Shown: positions 13,253-25,690 of the stretch, piece after piece
Numbering within the stretch: position 1 is the stretch's first letter
Layout: the number at the start of each line of letters is the position of its first letter
NCBI GenBank assembly: GCA_038087875.1
Contig: CM075999.1
Coordinates: 1,304,001-1,368,000, forward strand
Length of the DNA stretch: 64,000 bases
Source of the DNA: Malacoraja senta
Taxonomy: Eukaryota
Direction: 5' to 3'
Translations under genes and position numbers: made by a program
The notes under the pieces: model-generated
Told to the model about the DNA's origin: nothing
Seen by the model: the letters and a program-made list of their open reading frames with translations, nothing else
Database searches by the model: none

Positions 13253-14607
13253 CTTAAAGTCTTTGTCTCTTCCCTCCTTGTTCTCCCTCTGCGCTGAGGC
13301 GATCCAGGCTTCCGATGTGGTGACCCCGCCGGGTGATCGTAAGTAAGTCCCGCGGCTGAATCGGAGCACCGCGAACGGGCCGGTTCAAACTCCGCGGCCC
13401 GGGGTGGTCGCCAGATATAAGAATAGACTGATGTAATGACCTGTAGTGTGTGTCATAACAGAACTCTAACACACATTGTTTGTTACACTGGCATTCAAAC
13501 AGGTCAATAATTTGTTTAGTTTAGAAACATAGCATGGAAACAGGCCCTTCGGCCTACCAAGTCCATGCCGACCATCGATCACCTGTTCACACTAGCTCTT
13601 TGTTATCCCACTATCTCATCCACTCCCTATACACACGGGGTAATTTACAGTAGACAATTGACCTACAAACCCGCATGTCTTTTGGATGAGGGTACTCCAG
13701 TGAGTACCCAAAGGAAGCCCACACAGTCACAGGGAGAACGTGCAAACTCCACACAGACAACACCTGATGTCAGGATTGAAACCGGGCCTCTGGTGCCACC
13801 CTACTATTGAATTGGTGTGTGACGTGTGGATTTTATTTTAACTGGAAACTGGTTCTATTGAGTAGACATACGCTTGACCAAAGGGTTAAACATGCATGAC
13901 TTCTGTTCGATACTAGCATATGTTACTGCTGAGAACTTCATGTTTATAAGTGATAGGAGCGGAATTAGGCCATTCAGCCCATCAAGTCTACTCCGCCAGT
14001 CCATCATGGCTGATCTATCTCTCCCTCCTAACCCCATTCTCCTGCCTTCTCCCCGTAACCCCTGACACCTGTACCTCTCAAGGACTATCAAGATCAAGAT
14101 GAACAACTTGTACAATGAAGGCCACATATCATTCCATTTGGAAATAGAAGACTTTTAGTTACTACCTGGAAATGTTCCAAACTGTAACCCTGGCAACCAA
14201 ATTGAGATCTCCATAATCAAAGGTGCTAATACATACATAACATCTTTAACTAGCAGATGTTTTTATGAAAATATGATGGTTATTCTAAAAATTGCAGCAT
14301 GAAGGTTACATCCTCAAAATTGTTGAACATGGTTGATATTGTTCATAAGTGATATAAGCAGAATTAGGCCATTCGGCCCATAAAGTCTACTCTGCCATTC
14401 AGCCATGGCTGATCTATCTTTCCCTCCTAACCCCATTCTCCTGCCTCCTCCCCATAACCCCTGACACCCGCACTAATCAAGAATCTATCTATCTCTGCCT
14501 TAAAAACAGTTGCGTTTTACTCATGTGAGTGATAGGTGGTGCCCTGGTAGTTATTAAGTTGGCCACAATTTGTGGGAAGACCTCGTGGTATGAGCTAAGA
14601 GATGAGC

Positions 14608-14890
14608 TAAGAGATACAGTACGGAAACAGGCCCTTCGCCCCACCAAGACCATGCCGACCATTTATCACCTCTACACTAGATCCATGTCCTACACACAAG
14701 GGGCAATTTTACAGAAGACAATTAACCTACAAACCTGCACGTCTTTGGGATGTGGGAGGAGACCAGAGCATTTGGAGAAAACCCACGCGATTACAGGGAG
14801 AATGTGCAAACTCCGTACAGACAGCATCTGTAGTCAGGATCGAACCTGGGACTCTGGCACTGTGAGGCAGTAGTTCTACGGCTGCCCCAA
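14608..14890 (-). mobile_element. HE1-like V-SINE
   Basis: Same family motifs; further partial copies at about 7183-7362, 9765-9930, 10510-10640, 12492-12702 and 13514-13800. Confidence 0.8.
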
Positions 14891-15480
14891 ATCTGAAGGG
14901 AATTTTTTTTTTCCCCAAGGAGTTGACATCCAGAACCCATTTATTTTCTACGCATTCAAAATAAATGAGAAACACCAGCTCCCCAAATAACTCCCTATGT
15001 TTTCTTACCATTTCTTATGTAAACAGTGGACTTGGCTCCGTACACAAAAACGTTCTCAACGGAGATCTCTATGCCAAGTGTTTTTGTGTTCTCCAGAAAC
15101 TCAGTGAAGGAGGCAGAGTGGGAGTTTGGATTTGTTAAATATTTGACGTCTCATTGCTCTGGATGGGAGATAAAGGGCATGAAAGAAAGACTTAAGAAAG
15201 AGAAAATGCTGAAAATCCAAAGCATAAATCAAAGCCAGGTAGGGAAAATAACGGCTAACATTACAGCTGTGTTTACTGCATTTGCAACAGAATCAGACAT
15301 GTTCTTCTTCTTCTTGCGTATGGCGTGCACAGCCTAAAATTGTAGGACAACTTGTTCTATTTGATCTTATTTGATTGTGTACACCAGGTTGATTGCATTC
15401 GTCGAAACAGGGCAGACCACGTGAAGGTTGCAATCGCCCACCCCAGACAGGATCAATGACCTGCCCTGTGCCCAGCAGAT

Positions 15481-15680
15481 NNNNNNNNNNNNNNNNNNNN
15501 NNNNNNNNNNNNNNNNNNNNNNNNNNNNNNNNNNNNNNNNNNNNNNNNNNNNNNNNNNNNNNNNNNNNNNNNNNNNNNNNNNNNNNNNNNNNNNNNNNNN
15601 NNNNNNNNNNNNNNNNNNNNNNNNNNNNNNNNNNNNNNNNNNNNNNNNNNNNNNNNNNNNNNNNNNNNNNNNNNNNNNNN
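15481..15680. other. Assembly gap (200 N)
   Basis: Run of N. Confidence 1.
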
Positions 15681-15870
15681 TGATTGAATGGTGGAGTGGA
15701 CTTGATGGGCCGAATGGCCTAATTCTGCTCCTATCACATGAAGGACAATAAATATTGTTCTTGCCAGTTTCACACATCCCAAAGGAGGAACACAATTCAG
15801 CCTCCTTGTGTTTCTGGCACTCAGATAACTCTTGTGATTGTTATCATAATCTCAACTAAACATGGTTTGT

Positions 15871-16165
15871 TGGCATGGTGGCGCAGCGGTAGAGTTGCTG
15901 CTTTACAGCACCCTAGACCCGCGTTCTGTCCTGATGACGGGTGCTGCCTATACGGAGTTTTGTACGTTCTCCTCGTGGGTTTTCTCCGGGCACTCCGGTT
16001 TCCTCCCACACTCCAAAGACGTGCAGGTTTGTAGGTTAATTGGCTTGGTAACATTGTACATTGGCCCTAGTGCGTGTGGGATCGTGTTAGTGTGCGGGGA
16101 GCGTTGGTCGGCGAGAACTAGGCGGGCCGAAGGGCCTGTTTCCGCGCTGTATCTCAAAGCTAAAC
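15871..16165 (+). mobile_element. HE1-like V-SINE
   Basis: GGTGGCGCAGCGGTAGAG head through GGGCCGAAGGGCCTGTTTCCGCGCTGTATCTC tail. Confidence 0.85.
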
Positions 16166-16290
16166 CTGAACACCCTTGGTTCCAGAAATATGACATTGAT
16201 TCAAGAACTACCCATTTGAAATAAACCAGTCAATGGTAGAAATGAACAGCAGGCCCTTTAAACGTGTTAATTGGTTGAACTTGTTCTAAA

Positions 16291-16598
16291 ATTTAGTTTA
16301 GTTTAAAGATACAGCGCAAAGACAGGCCCTTCAGCCCACCGAATCCTCGCCGACTAGCGATCACCCTGTACACTAACACTATCCTACACACTAGGACAAT
16401 TTATAATTTTATCGAGAAAAAATCTACACACCTGTACGTCTTTTGTGTGTGGGAGGAAACCGTAGCACCCGGAGAAAACCCACGCGGTCACGGGGAGAAT
16501 GTACAAACACCGTACAGACAAGCACCCGTAGTCAGGATCGAACCTGGGTCTCTGGCGCTGTGAGGCAGCAACTCTACCGCTGCTCCACCGCGCCGTCC
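16291..16598 (-). mobile_element. HE1-like V-SINE (inverted relative to the 15871 copy)
   Basis: Full-length reverse-complement copy. Confidence 0.85.
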
Positions 16599-16870
16599 TA
16601 AAATTGGTTCAATATAGGAAACTAAAACAACCCCTTTGGAAAAACAAGATAAACCATTCTAACTGAGAAACTCTCCACCCCTCTCCTCCCTGCGCCCCTG
16701 GGTCAGTTCTACAATACATGAGGCGGTTACCCTGTTCGGTCTTGGCAAACGTCCCATGAATTTCCAACACCAACTCCAAGCAAATGTGGAAAATAAAGTT
16801 TTCATTTGTACAGTGCAACTCTGATGCCCCTTACTGGAAACCAGATCAAAACCAACGCGTGTATCTCGGT

Positions 16871-17240
<370 letters not shown>

Positions 17241-18899
17241 ACGTTGGTGTGGCTTTGAATGATGGAACGATGTTGATACACTTTCCCCAATCTACTTGGA
17301 AAGCAAATTCCTGGATAGACGAGTCATATTGCAAGTTACATATCATTAAAAATAATGTGAATGAAAATAGCACTGAATAAATCTCTGTGGAAAATTGTAT
17401 CGTTTTAAATTTCCTTTGTAGCCCTTGCACCGGCTTGACTGTGTAGGTGTGCTTGAGAACTGGACCCTTCTGACTGACCTCGAGAGCGTTGATCGTGAGA
17501 GTCCACACCTCTGGTGTAAAGTGAGTGCCGGGTGACAATTCCCTCTGTATGTATGTTCGGTCAGCATCCACCCGGAGGTTTACAAGACAATACTCGAATT
17601 CGCCCCTTCTGTAGCTTGGTGCGATCTATAGGCTTTGTAGATCTGGCCTCATTTAGAGAAAAGATGATTCCATTACAGCCTTGGAACTGGGAATGGAGAT
17701 CCATCTAAAGTCACCACATTTAAACGAGTTCATGGCAGGAAACATTGGAGAGAAAGTTAGGAGGGGGGGTGGTGGAGGGGGGGGGGGTGGGACTATTTAG
17801 ATGGCACTATTTAGATGACACTTTACAAAAGTGTTGAGACTTGGATCCTAGGATTAAAACTTGTTTTAAAAACTCTCTAGGTGGGGAGGGGGGGGGGGAG
17901 TGGGTGTTTAAAGTATATTTGCATTTATATATATAAATCGCTTCACAATCACAAGGTGTCCTATAGTCTTCGACAGCGGTGAAATAGTTTCCGAGAATGT
18001 ACTCATGTTGGAAAACACCGCAGACAGTGCAAACACAGCAACCCCCCAGAGACAACAATGAACAGGTCTCAATGTCATGTCGTCAATTAGGGAGAGATAA
18101 GATGGACACTAGGGATGCCTTCTCTGGATTTCTTCAAAGACCAGAGACCAAACGTTGTGTGTAGATGCTGGTTTTACACCGAAAATAGACACAAAATGCT
18201 GGAGTAACTCAGGCGGGACAGACAGGCAGCATCTCCGGAGAGAAGGAATGGGTGACGTTTCGGGTCGAGACCCTTCTAATCTCTGGCTAACGTTTCACCT
18301 GCTGGGATTACACCACCAAGCGGAGCGGCAACCCTGCAGGTTTCCACTGGAATCAGTCCGAATTCTTCTCCCTGAAGTGAGACTCGAGCCACCTCCGAGA
18401 CTCGAGTAAAGTCTGCAACCACTGAAGCTAACATGTTGAAAAGATCTTTCTATACAAACAAAGTGTCCTTAATAAACCAGGAAGACTGGTTCGTTCTTAG
18501 GACCGGTCTTTAACAGTTAACCCGCCATTTGAGGACAACATTATGCCATTAATTATTTATGTTCAGTGCACAACTATTTAGGAAGTGATACATTCAATCC
18601 ACTTGAATCCTCCGTCTCTTTATTTTGAAAAGGATTATACTTGCATCCTATAATTCCGCAGCTAGACACAAAATGCTGGAGTAACTCAGCGGGTCAAGCA
18701 GCGTCTCCGCAGAGAGAACCTTCTCTCCAGAGATGCTGCCTGTCCCGCTGAGTTACTCCAGTATTTCGTGTCCATCGTCGTAAACCTGGTTCCTTCCTAC
18801 AATTCCGCCCTGGTCTAACATTTCGAATCGTGCCGCATTTCGGAGACATTATGCTGACTCTTTCTAGACAAGGATTTTTGGAGCCACAGGGAGAATGCC

Positions 18900-19660
18900 G
18901 TGTTTTTGATTTGCAATTTAGCGGACTGTAAAGAGTTGGTTAATCTTTGCCTCCTTGATTGACAACCGGGTCTTGGCTAACACGTGGGCTTGACCGTCGA
19001 TGGAGGTGTTACATTTTATAAGAAATCATCAGAGCTGCGAATCCCTGATCTCGATTCCAACGCCACGAAGCCACTTCGCCTTATTCCACTGCAAACACCA
19101 GGGTGCATCGTCGGTGAAACGGCCCGGGGGGTAGCAGAAATCAGAAACCGCAGGTGCAAAGTGCGGGGTCCCTTTATCCAAGGGGCAAAACGACCACTCT
19201 GAGCTTGGTCGCTCGGTAGCAAGAGCCGATGGAGCTGTCCACGGTACCTAACGCGGAGCGGGAGCTGTTCACAGACTATAGTGCTGAAGTCTACTGGGGT
19301 CTGGCGCTCAACGCGACCTGGAGGGTTTGCAGAACGGCTTTGGAAACAATACTAGCGTGGATAACAGCACAAGTTTGACCCCAACCAAAGGGTCCGCGTC
19401 CTCGGTCTACGCTATCGCCATCACGGCGCTCTACTCGGTGGTGTGTGTGGTTGGACTGATTGGCAATTTCCTGGTCATGTATGTCATTGTCAGGTAAGGA
19501 ACCATTCCGTTGTGTCAAAGTAAGGGGTTGTTTATTTTTTGCTGTTTAGCCGGTTGAGTCCCCCCCCCTCAACCTCACAACACGGCGGCGAAGCTCGTGA
19601 CCGAGTTACAGAGGAAGATCCCATCGCGGCTGTGAATGTCGGTGCGTTGGCCAGGAGTTG
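18900..19660 (+). promoter_or_regulatory. CpG-enriched promoter/exon 1 region of OPRD1
   Basis: Visibly higher CpG density than the flanking unique DNA and free of recognisable repeats; surrounds the start codon. The TSS cannot be determined from sequence. Confidence 0.5.
19229..19493 (+). CDS. OPRD1: Delta opioid receptor, coding exon 1 (N-terminus + TM1); apparent 1-nt frameshift between 19288 and 19376
   Basis: The ATG at 19229 in gccgATGg context reads [30 protein letters not shown]. The adjacent frame reads [59 protein letters not shown], matching delta-receptor TM1 ([18 protein letters not shown]). Donor AG|gtaagg at 19493/19494 is phase 2 and joins exon 2 as R-YTK. The ORF track misses it because of the frameshift. 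Confidence 0.9.
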
Positions 19661-22488
19661 CAGCATTAACCAAGTACCAAGGAGCCTCTGGAAATGCAAC
19701 ATTAAAAAAAACAAAATTCTAGACGGCTGGAGATCCGAAAGTTGAGGAAGTATCAATGGTCCAAGGCTGGAAGGCATAGTTTTAGGGCGAGAGGGGTAAA
19801 GTTTAAAGGAGATTTGCAGGGCAAGTATTATTATTTTTTATCAGGGTGCCTGGAACCCATTGCTAGAGGTGGAGGTGGCGGTGGAGGCGGGCACCATATG
19901 GCATTTAAGATGCTTTTAAATGGACACATGGGTGTGCAGGTAATGGAGCGATATGGGTCATGTGCAGGTAGAGGAGAATATTGTAATTTGGCTTCATGTT
20001 CTGCACGGACGTTGTGGGCCGAAGGGCCTGTCCCTGTGCTGTACTGTTCTCTGTTCTTATGTTCTAACTGAGTTTCTCTCTCCGCTGATGCCACCAGACG
20101 CTCAGAACCTCCTACGCTGTCGATTAAAAAAAAATTAAAAGAGAGCCCTCTAATTAAAGGAAACGGAATGTACTGAGAGTGGACAAAGCAAGAGAGATGG
20201 ACATAAATCCCGCCGGAGAGTAGAGGCATGCCCTGAAGATCAATTGTCAGTTAATACAACAAGTAAATCGAAAATCGCCCTAAAAACAAAATGCAGATGG
20301 TGAAAATCTAAAATAAGATCGGGAAAAAGCTGGGAAACCCAGCTGGGTCGGCAGCATCTGTGGAGAGGGGAGGCAGACCAAATGGTTTTAGCTTGAAGGG
20401 TTAACTTTGTCCTGATTCCCACGGGTGCAGCCAGCATTTACTGATTTCCATGCACTGAGTTCCAGCATGTACTGATTTGATTGCAGATTTCCAGCATTTA
20501 CAGGGTTCATTTGTTTAGGGAGGAACTGCAGATGCTGGTTTACACCGAAGATAGGCACAAAATCTAGAGTAATGGCAGCATCCCTGGAGAAAATGAATAT
20601 GTGATGGTGGAAGGGTCTCGACCCGAAACGTCTCCTATTCCTTTCTCTCCAGTGATGTTGCCTGACCCGCTGAGCTAATCCAGCTTTCTGTATGTTTATT
20701 TTGCAGCCCTCTGACTAATCGCCCATTTCACGCACCGTTCCTCCCTTCCAGCCACCCTGTCTCCTCCACCTTACACTCCCCCAGCCCCACTTCCACCACT
20801 TTATGTGGTCTCTGGAAACGCGAACTGCTGAGTGCAGGCGTTCTTGCGGGTTCCAGGCAATTCATTTGAACTAACGCGGCGAATTCTCGCTGTTCAGAGA
20901 ACAATAGGCTGGAGAAACACAGCGGGGGTCACTCAGTATCTGTGGAGGGAACGGTCTCTGACCAGCCGAGTTCCTGCAGCCTTTTCTGTTTGGCTCGAGG
21001 TTCCAGTACAGAATTTGTAGCATCTTCTGTCCCCAAATTCTCCCCGTTGCCCGAGGTGCTCGCGTTCTCTCATTGAAGTTGAAACAAACTGTCCTGAACC
21101 AGGAAATAAAAAAATGTGCACGTTTTGTAAATGGTTTGATAATGAACGCGCGCGGGAATTAACATAATTCTGGGGACAAACAAGGTTTTGCCTTTTTGTT
21201 ATTAAAGAAAGGAATTTCAAACAATTGCCCTTCAAATGCAGATCATGTCAGCAATTCTACACAAGATCAAGGAGCCACCTTCTAACTTACTTCATACTGG
21301 GAGTCAGCTAACAATGTACTCCGTTTCTTTGATCATCGTCCTCTTTGGCGTGTTTTCACACCTTACTTTTCCATATCTCTATATCATTCACTCCCCCTGA
21401 TCCTCAGTCTGAAGAAGTGTCTCGACCCGAAGCGTCACCCATTCCTTCTCTCCAGAGATGCTGCCTGTCCCGCTGAGTTACTCCAGCATTTTGTGCCTAT
21501 ATTCGGTGTGAAACCAGCATCTGCAGTTCCTTCCCACTCATAAACCTACTTAATGGAATGATCATAAATGCCGATTAAAATGTTAAGGGGAAGCGTGCAT
21601 TATTATAGAAGTGCCTTCATTTCAGCAGTTTGCGGGTCCCTTTAACACCAGGGCGATATTGGGTCCCAGGTGTTAAGTTGCTGTCTTGCTGCGCATCTGG
21701 TCCGTACATTTAGGTGTAGAATAGTGCCCTCGCTGAGAGAGTCTGGTCACAGTAAATGCCAGTGTTGTCAAACAAGGGCCACCGGTGTACTGCCCACTAT
21801 CACAACACAGCTAAAAGCCCAGCGTGTGTACAGAAATAATAGCCTGTAATACATCCTAGGTGAACACATTGAAATCGGTTCTGGTCCCGACCCGAAATAT
21901 CACCCATCCATGTTCATCAGAAATGCTGCCCGACAGTTACTCCAGCACTTTGTGTCTTTTTTTTAAAATAAACCAGCATCAGCAGTTCCTTGCGCCCCCC
22001 TATAACTGAGACTCATTTTTTTTCCCGTTAGCACCCCCCCCCCCCTTTACACAAATAAACCAAGGCCAGGTATTTTACGAATAAGAAATTGTTTCAGATT
22101 TAGAAAGATCATGACATGGGGCAAAGTTACCATTTGAAATTCAGACCATGAATATAATCGTAAATATCTACTTATCTTGGGGGCGAAACAAGAAGCGGCC
22201 GTGTATACAACTAGTAATCACACACAAACGATCACATCAACGCACCTACACCCTGACCCCTCCGCCCAGGCAATCTCACCCACCCACACCAAGTCTCTCT
22301 CTCACACACACACACGCGTACTTATAATCACCAACGCAGCCATTCGATGTGTAAAACACTCAGGCAAATGTACCTGCACAAGGACAAACACAAACACACG
22401 GACATAACCATGCCCACGGGAAGGCAATCACACACACACCTGCACCCACACACAGTACAGCCGGAGACAGGGCGATCGCACCCACTCA

Positions 22489-22490
<2 letters not shown>

Positions 22491-22539
<49 letters not shown>
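22491..22539. repeat. (CA)n microsatellite in OPRD1 intron 1
   Basis: Read directly from the sequence. Confidence 0.98.
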
Positions 22540-22542
<3 letters not shown>

Positions 22543-23984
22543 ATAGGTTTTCGCACACAACCACAAATAATCACATTAACACAACATACAGACCATACCA
22601 TAAATATTAAATTGTAAACCGAGTCGCCTGCACAAGTCATGTCTCTACAAACAAAATACATGCAATAATAAATAACAAGGAGTGTTGGAAGGAACTGCAG
22701 ATGCTGGCTTACACCGAAGATAGACACAAAATGCTGGAGTAACTCAGCGGGGCAGGTAACATCCCTGGAGAACATGGACGGGTGACATTTCGGATCGGGA
22801 CCCTTCTTCAGACTTATTGTAGCGGTGGGGGGGGGGGGGGGGGTGGGGGGTGGGATAAGCCTCTTTCCAGGAATACTGAATTCATTGCAAGACAATATTT
22901 CGATATTTTGCTTTGGGGATTATGAAATATTAGTTTGTGCAAAACAGCCTCTAATCTATCTTTACCCGGGATAAGCACATCAACGTCGCACCGCAGTCAG
23001 ACCGATTTGTTTGAAGGATATGTCGGGTTTACAAGCGTTGTAATGATGCGCCAGCCTCAGTCTAGACATCAGCATGTCGCTGCCCGCCCACGTGCCATTT
23101 TAATCGACTGGACAGGATCAGCAGTAAGTCGAAATCGGAATCGCCATTTCGAACATCTACAAGAATGTCGGGCTTTAATATACACCTCGCAATAAATATC
23201 ATGACAGCTCCACATTTTATCTTTACTAAATATGCAGGAACTTTGCAATAGTAGTGGACAGAATGTGCAGACGTGGAAATGGCACCGCCTAGCGCTCAGA
23301 GCAGCAGCTGCAAACAGAAATCCCTCTCACTGTCGATGGACACATAATGCTGGAGCAACTCGGCGGGACAGGCAGCATCTCTGAATAGACAGAATCGGCG
23401 AGGTTTTGGGTCGAGAGTCAGTGGGAGAGGCACACACAGAGATAAGGAAGTGTAAGGTGTGAAAACGAGACATCAAAAGAGATGAGGTCCAAGGAAAACG
23501 TAGAATAGATCATTGTTAGCTTGGGGAATGTGACAACGGAGCAAACAGGGATACTAATTTAATCAGTCAGATTGGTCGGAGAACTAGGAAGGGGGAGAGA
23601 GAGGGAAAGCAAGGTTTACTTGAAGTTAGAGAAGTAAACGTCACCTATTCCCGCAGAGTTACTCCAGCATTTTGCGTCTATCTTCGGTGTAAACCAGCAT
23701 CTGCAGTTCCTTCTTACACAATGAGATACTACTACTCTTAGTGATAAACATTGAGAGAGAAAAAAGAAGAAAAAACAACACTGAGAGAAACAAAAGGAAT
23801 ATAATTTCTTTAGTGAGTCTCTTGCTGAAACTAAGATCCATCAGAACTTCCCAATAGCTTTGGAAATTATTCCTTTGTACTGGGCAGGGAGGTGACATTA
23901 TATCCCTGCTTTCCAGACAACTGCATCACCGTGCTTTCCTTTGTGTTGTGACTGAGACTGATCAAGATTTGAGCACTGACCTTG

Positions 23985-24750
23985 GATAGACACAAAAAGC
24001 TGGAGCAACTCAGCGGGACAGGCAGCATCTCTGGAGAGAAGGAATGGGTGACGTTTCGGGTTGAGACCCTTCTTCAGACTGAAAGGCATGGGAAAGGGGA
24101 ACGAGAGATATAGAACAATGAATGAAAGATATGCAAAAAAGTAATGATGATAAAGGAAACGGGCTATTGTTAGCTGTTTGTTGGGTGAAAACGAGAAGCT
24201 GGTGCGACTTGGGTGGGGGAGGGATATAGAGAGGGGGTTTACTTGAAGTTAGAGAAATCAATATTCATACCACGGCTGTAAGCTGCCGAAGAGAAATATG
24301 AGGTAGACAAAAGTGCTGGAAACTCAGCGGGTGTGGCAGCATCTATGGAGCGAAGGAAATAGGTAACGTTTCGGGCCGAAATCCTTTTTCAGACCCTATT
24401 TCCTTCGCACCATAGATGCTGCCACACCCGCTGAGTTTCTCCAGCACTTTTGTCTATCTTTGATTTTCCAGCATCTGCAGTTCCTTCTTGAAGAGAAATA
24501 TGAGATGCTGTTCCTCCAATTTGCGTTTAGCCTCACTCTGACAATGGAGTGAGGCTAATGGATATACATAGCTAGGACAGGATACATAGCCTAGGACAGA
24601 AAGATCAGTGTAGGAATGGGAAGGGGTATTAAAATGTTTAGCAACAGGTTGGTCCTGGCGGACTGAGCGAAGGTGTTCAGCGAAACGTGAACAATGGATG
24701 CAGTAGATGAGGTCGGAGGAGGTGCCACATCTTGAACAATGGATAAAGTA
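23985..24750 (-). mobile_element. Penelope-like element 3' fragment (GIY-YIG endonuclease remnant + 3' terminus)
   Basis: Minus-strand translation TSSDLIYCIHCSRFAEHLRSVR..PVAKHFNTPSHS..DLSVLG..LHCQSEAKRKLEEQHLIF resembles the PLE GIY-YIG region. It is followed by the terminal repeat seen throughout the window and is interrupted by the insert at 24303-24489. Confidence 0.8.
24303..24489. mobile_element. Foldback Penelope-terminus insertion with 15-bp TSD
   Basis: Inverted arms (gtagacaaaagtgctgga..gaaggaaatagg / cctatttccttcg..cacttttgtctat). TSD GAAGAGAAATATGAG at 24288-24302 and 24490-24504. Confidence 0.8.
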
Positions 24751-25279
24751 GAATGATGGGTTTTGGCCTTTGTTAATTGAGTCATTCAAATTAAACACAG
24801 CCTTTTGTTAGAAAAGATAACAGGACAACTGAACATCAAGTTCCCATCTTCCACAAATGAATCCAATGACTGTCATAGATAATAAAAACACTAAAATGCT
24901 GGAAATATTCAGCTGGTCAGGTAGCACTCATAAAGAGAGAAACTGATTTAATATTGTACGTTGACCATTCATTGAAACAATTCTGAAGAAAGATCTTTAA
25001 CCAGAAACATTAATTCTATTTTCATTAAGATGTTACTGCACCCAACGAGTTCTTCCAGCATTTTCTAATTTCTTTGCCAGCCTCTTCAGCATTTAGTTTT
25101 TACATCGACTACCAACTTATTGATTTTCGGCAGTGCTGATTGAGGAAGAAATATGGACCCAGATTCCATTAAAACCTCTTTACTTTCTGTCTTGTACCAT
25201 GGAATTTATTTTTTCAGCCATCAGGAAAAATAAATCAGAGCTTTCATTCAATATCTCACTCACTTGAGTTATAGAGAGA

Positions 25280-25690
25280 GGTTTGGATGGGCTGAGCATT
25301 CCTTTATTTGAAGCTCAGGAGACTGAGATGATCTAATTGAGGTGTACAAGGTCATGAGGAGCATGGATAAAGTGAATGCTCACAACCTTTTCCCTAGGGT
25401 AGAAGATTGTAAAACTACAGGCCCTAGGCTTAAGGTGAGAGGGGGTAGATTTAAGACAAACCTCTTCATTCAGAGGCTCATCCATATCTGGAATGGGTTG
25501 CCAGAAGAAGTTATGGAAGCTGATACAATTGTGACTTTTGTAAGACATTTTTACAGGTATATGGATAGGAAGGTTTTAAAGGATTATGGGCCAAATGCAA
25601 GCAAATGAGACTAATCCAATATGTCAATTTGGTCGACATGGACAAGATGGCCAAAGGACCTGTTTCCCTGCTGTCCAACCCAATGATTCT
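25280..25690 (+). mobile_element. CR1-like LINE 3' end (older)
   Basis: DLIEVYKVMR..RLIHIWNGLPEEVMEA motif; a related copy lies at about 27735-28280. Confidence 0.8.

Noticed and set aside
15367..15795. ORFs containing poly-X
   Set aside because: Artefacts of the 200-N gap.
19000..19134. Upstream ATG in the same frame as TM1
   Set aside because: Terminates at TAG 19132-19134 (44 codons), so it cannot supply the receptor start. At most it is a uORF if transcribed.
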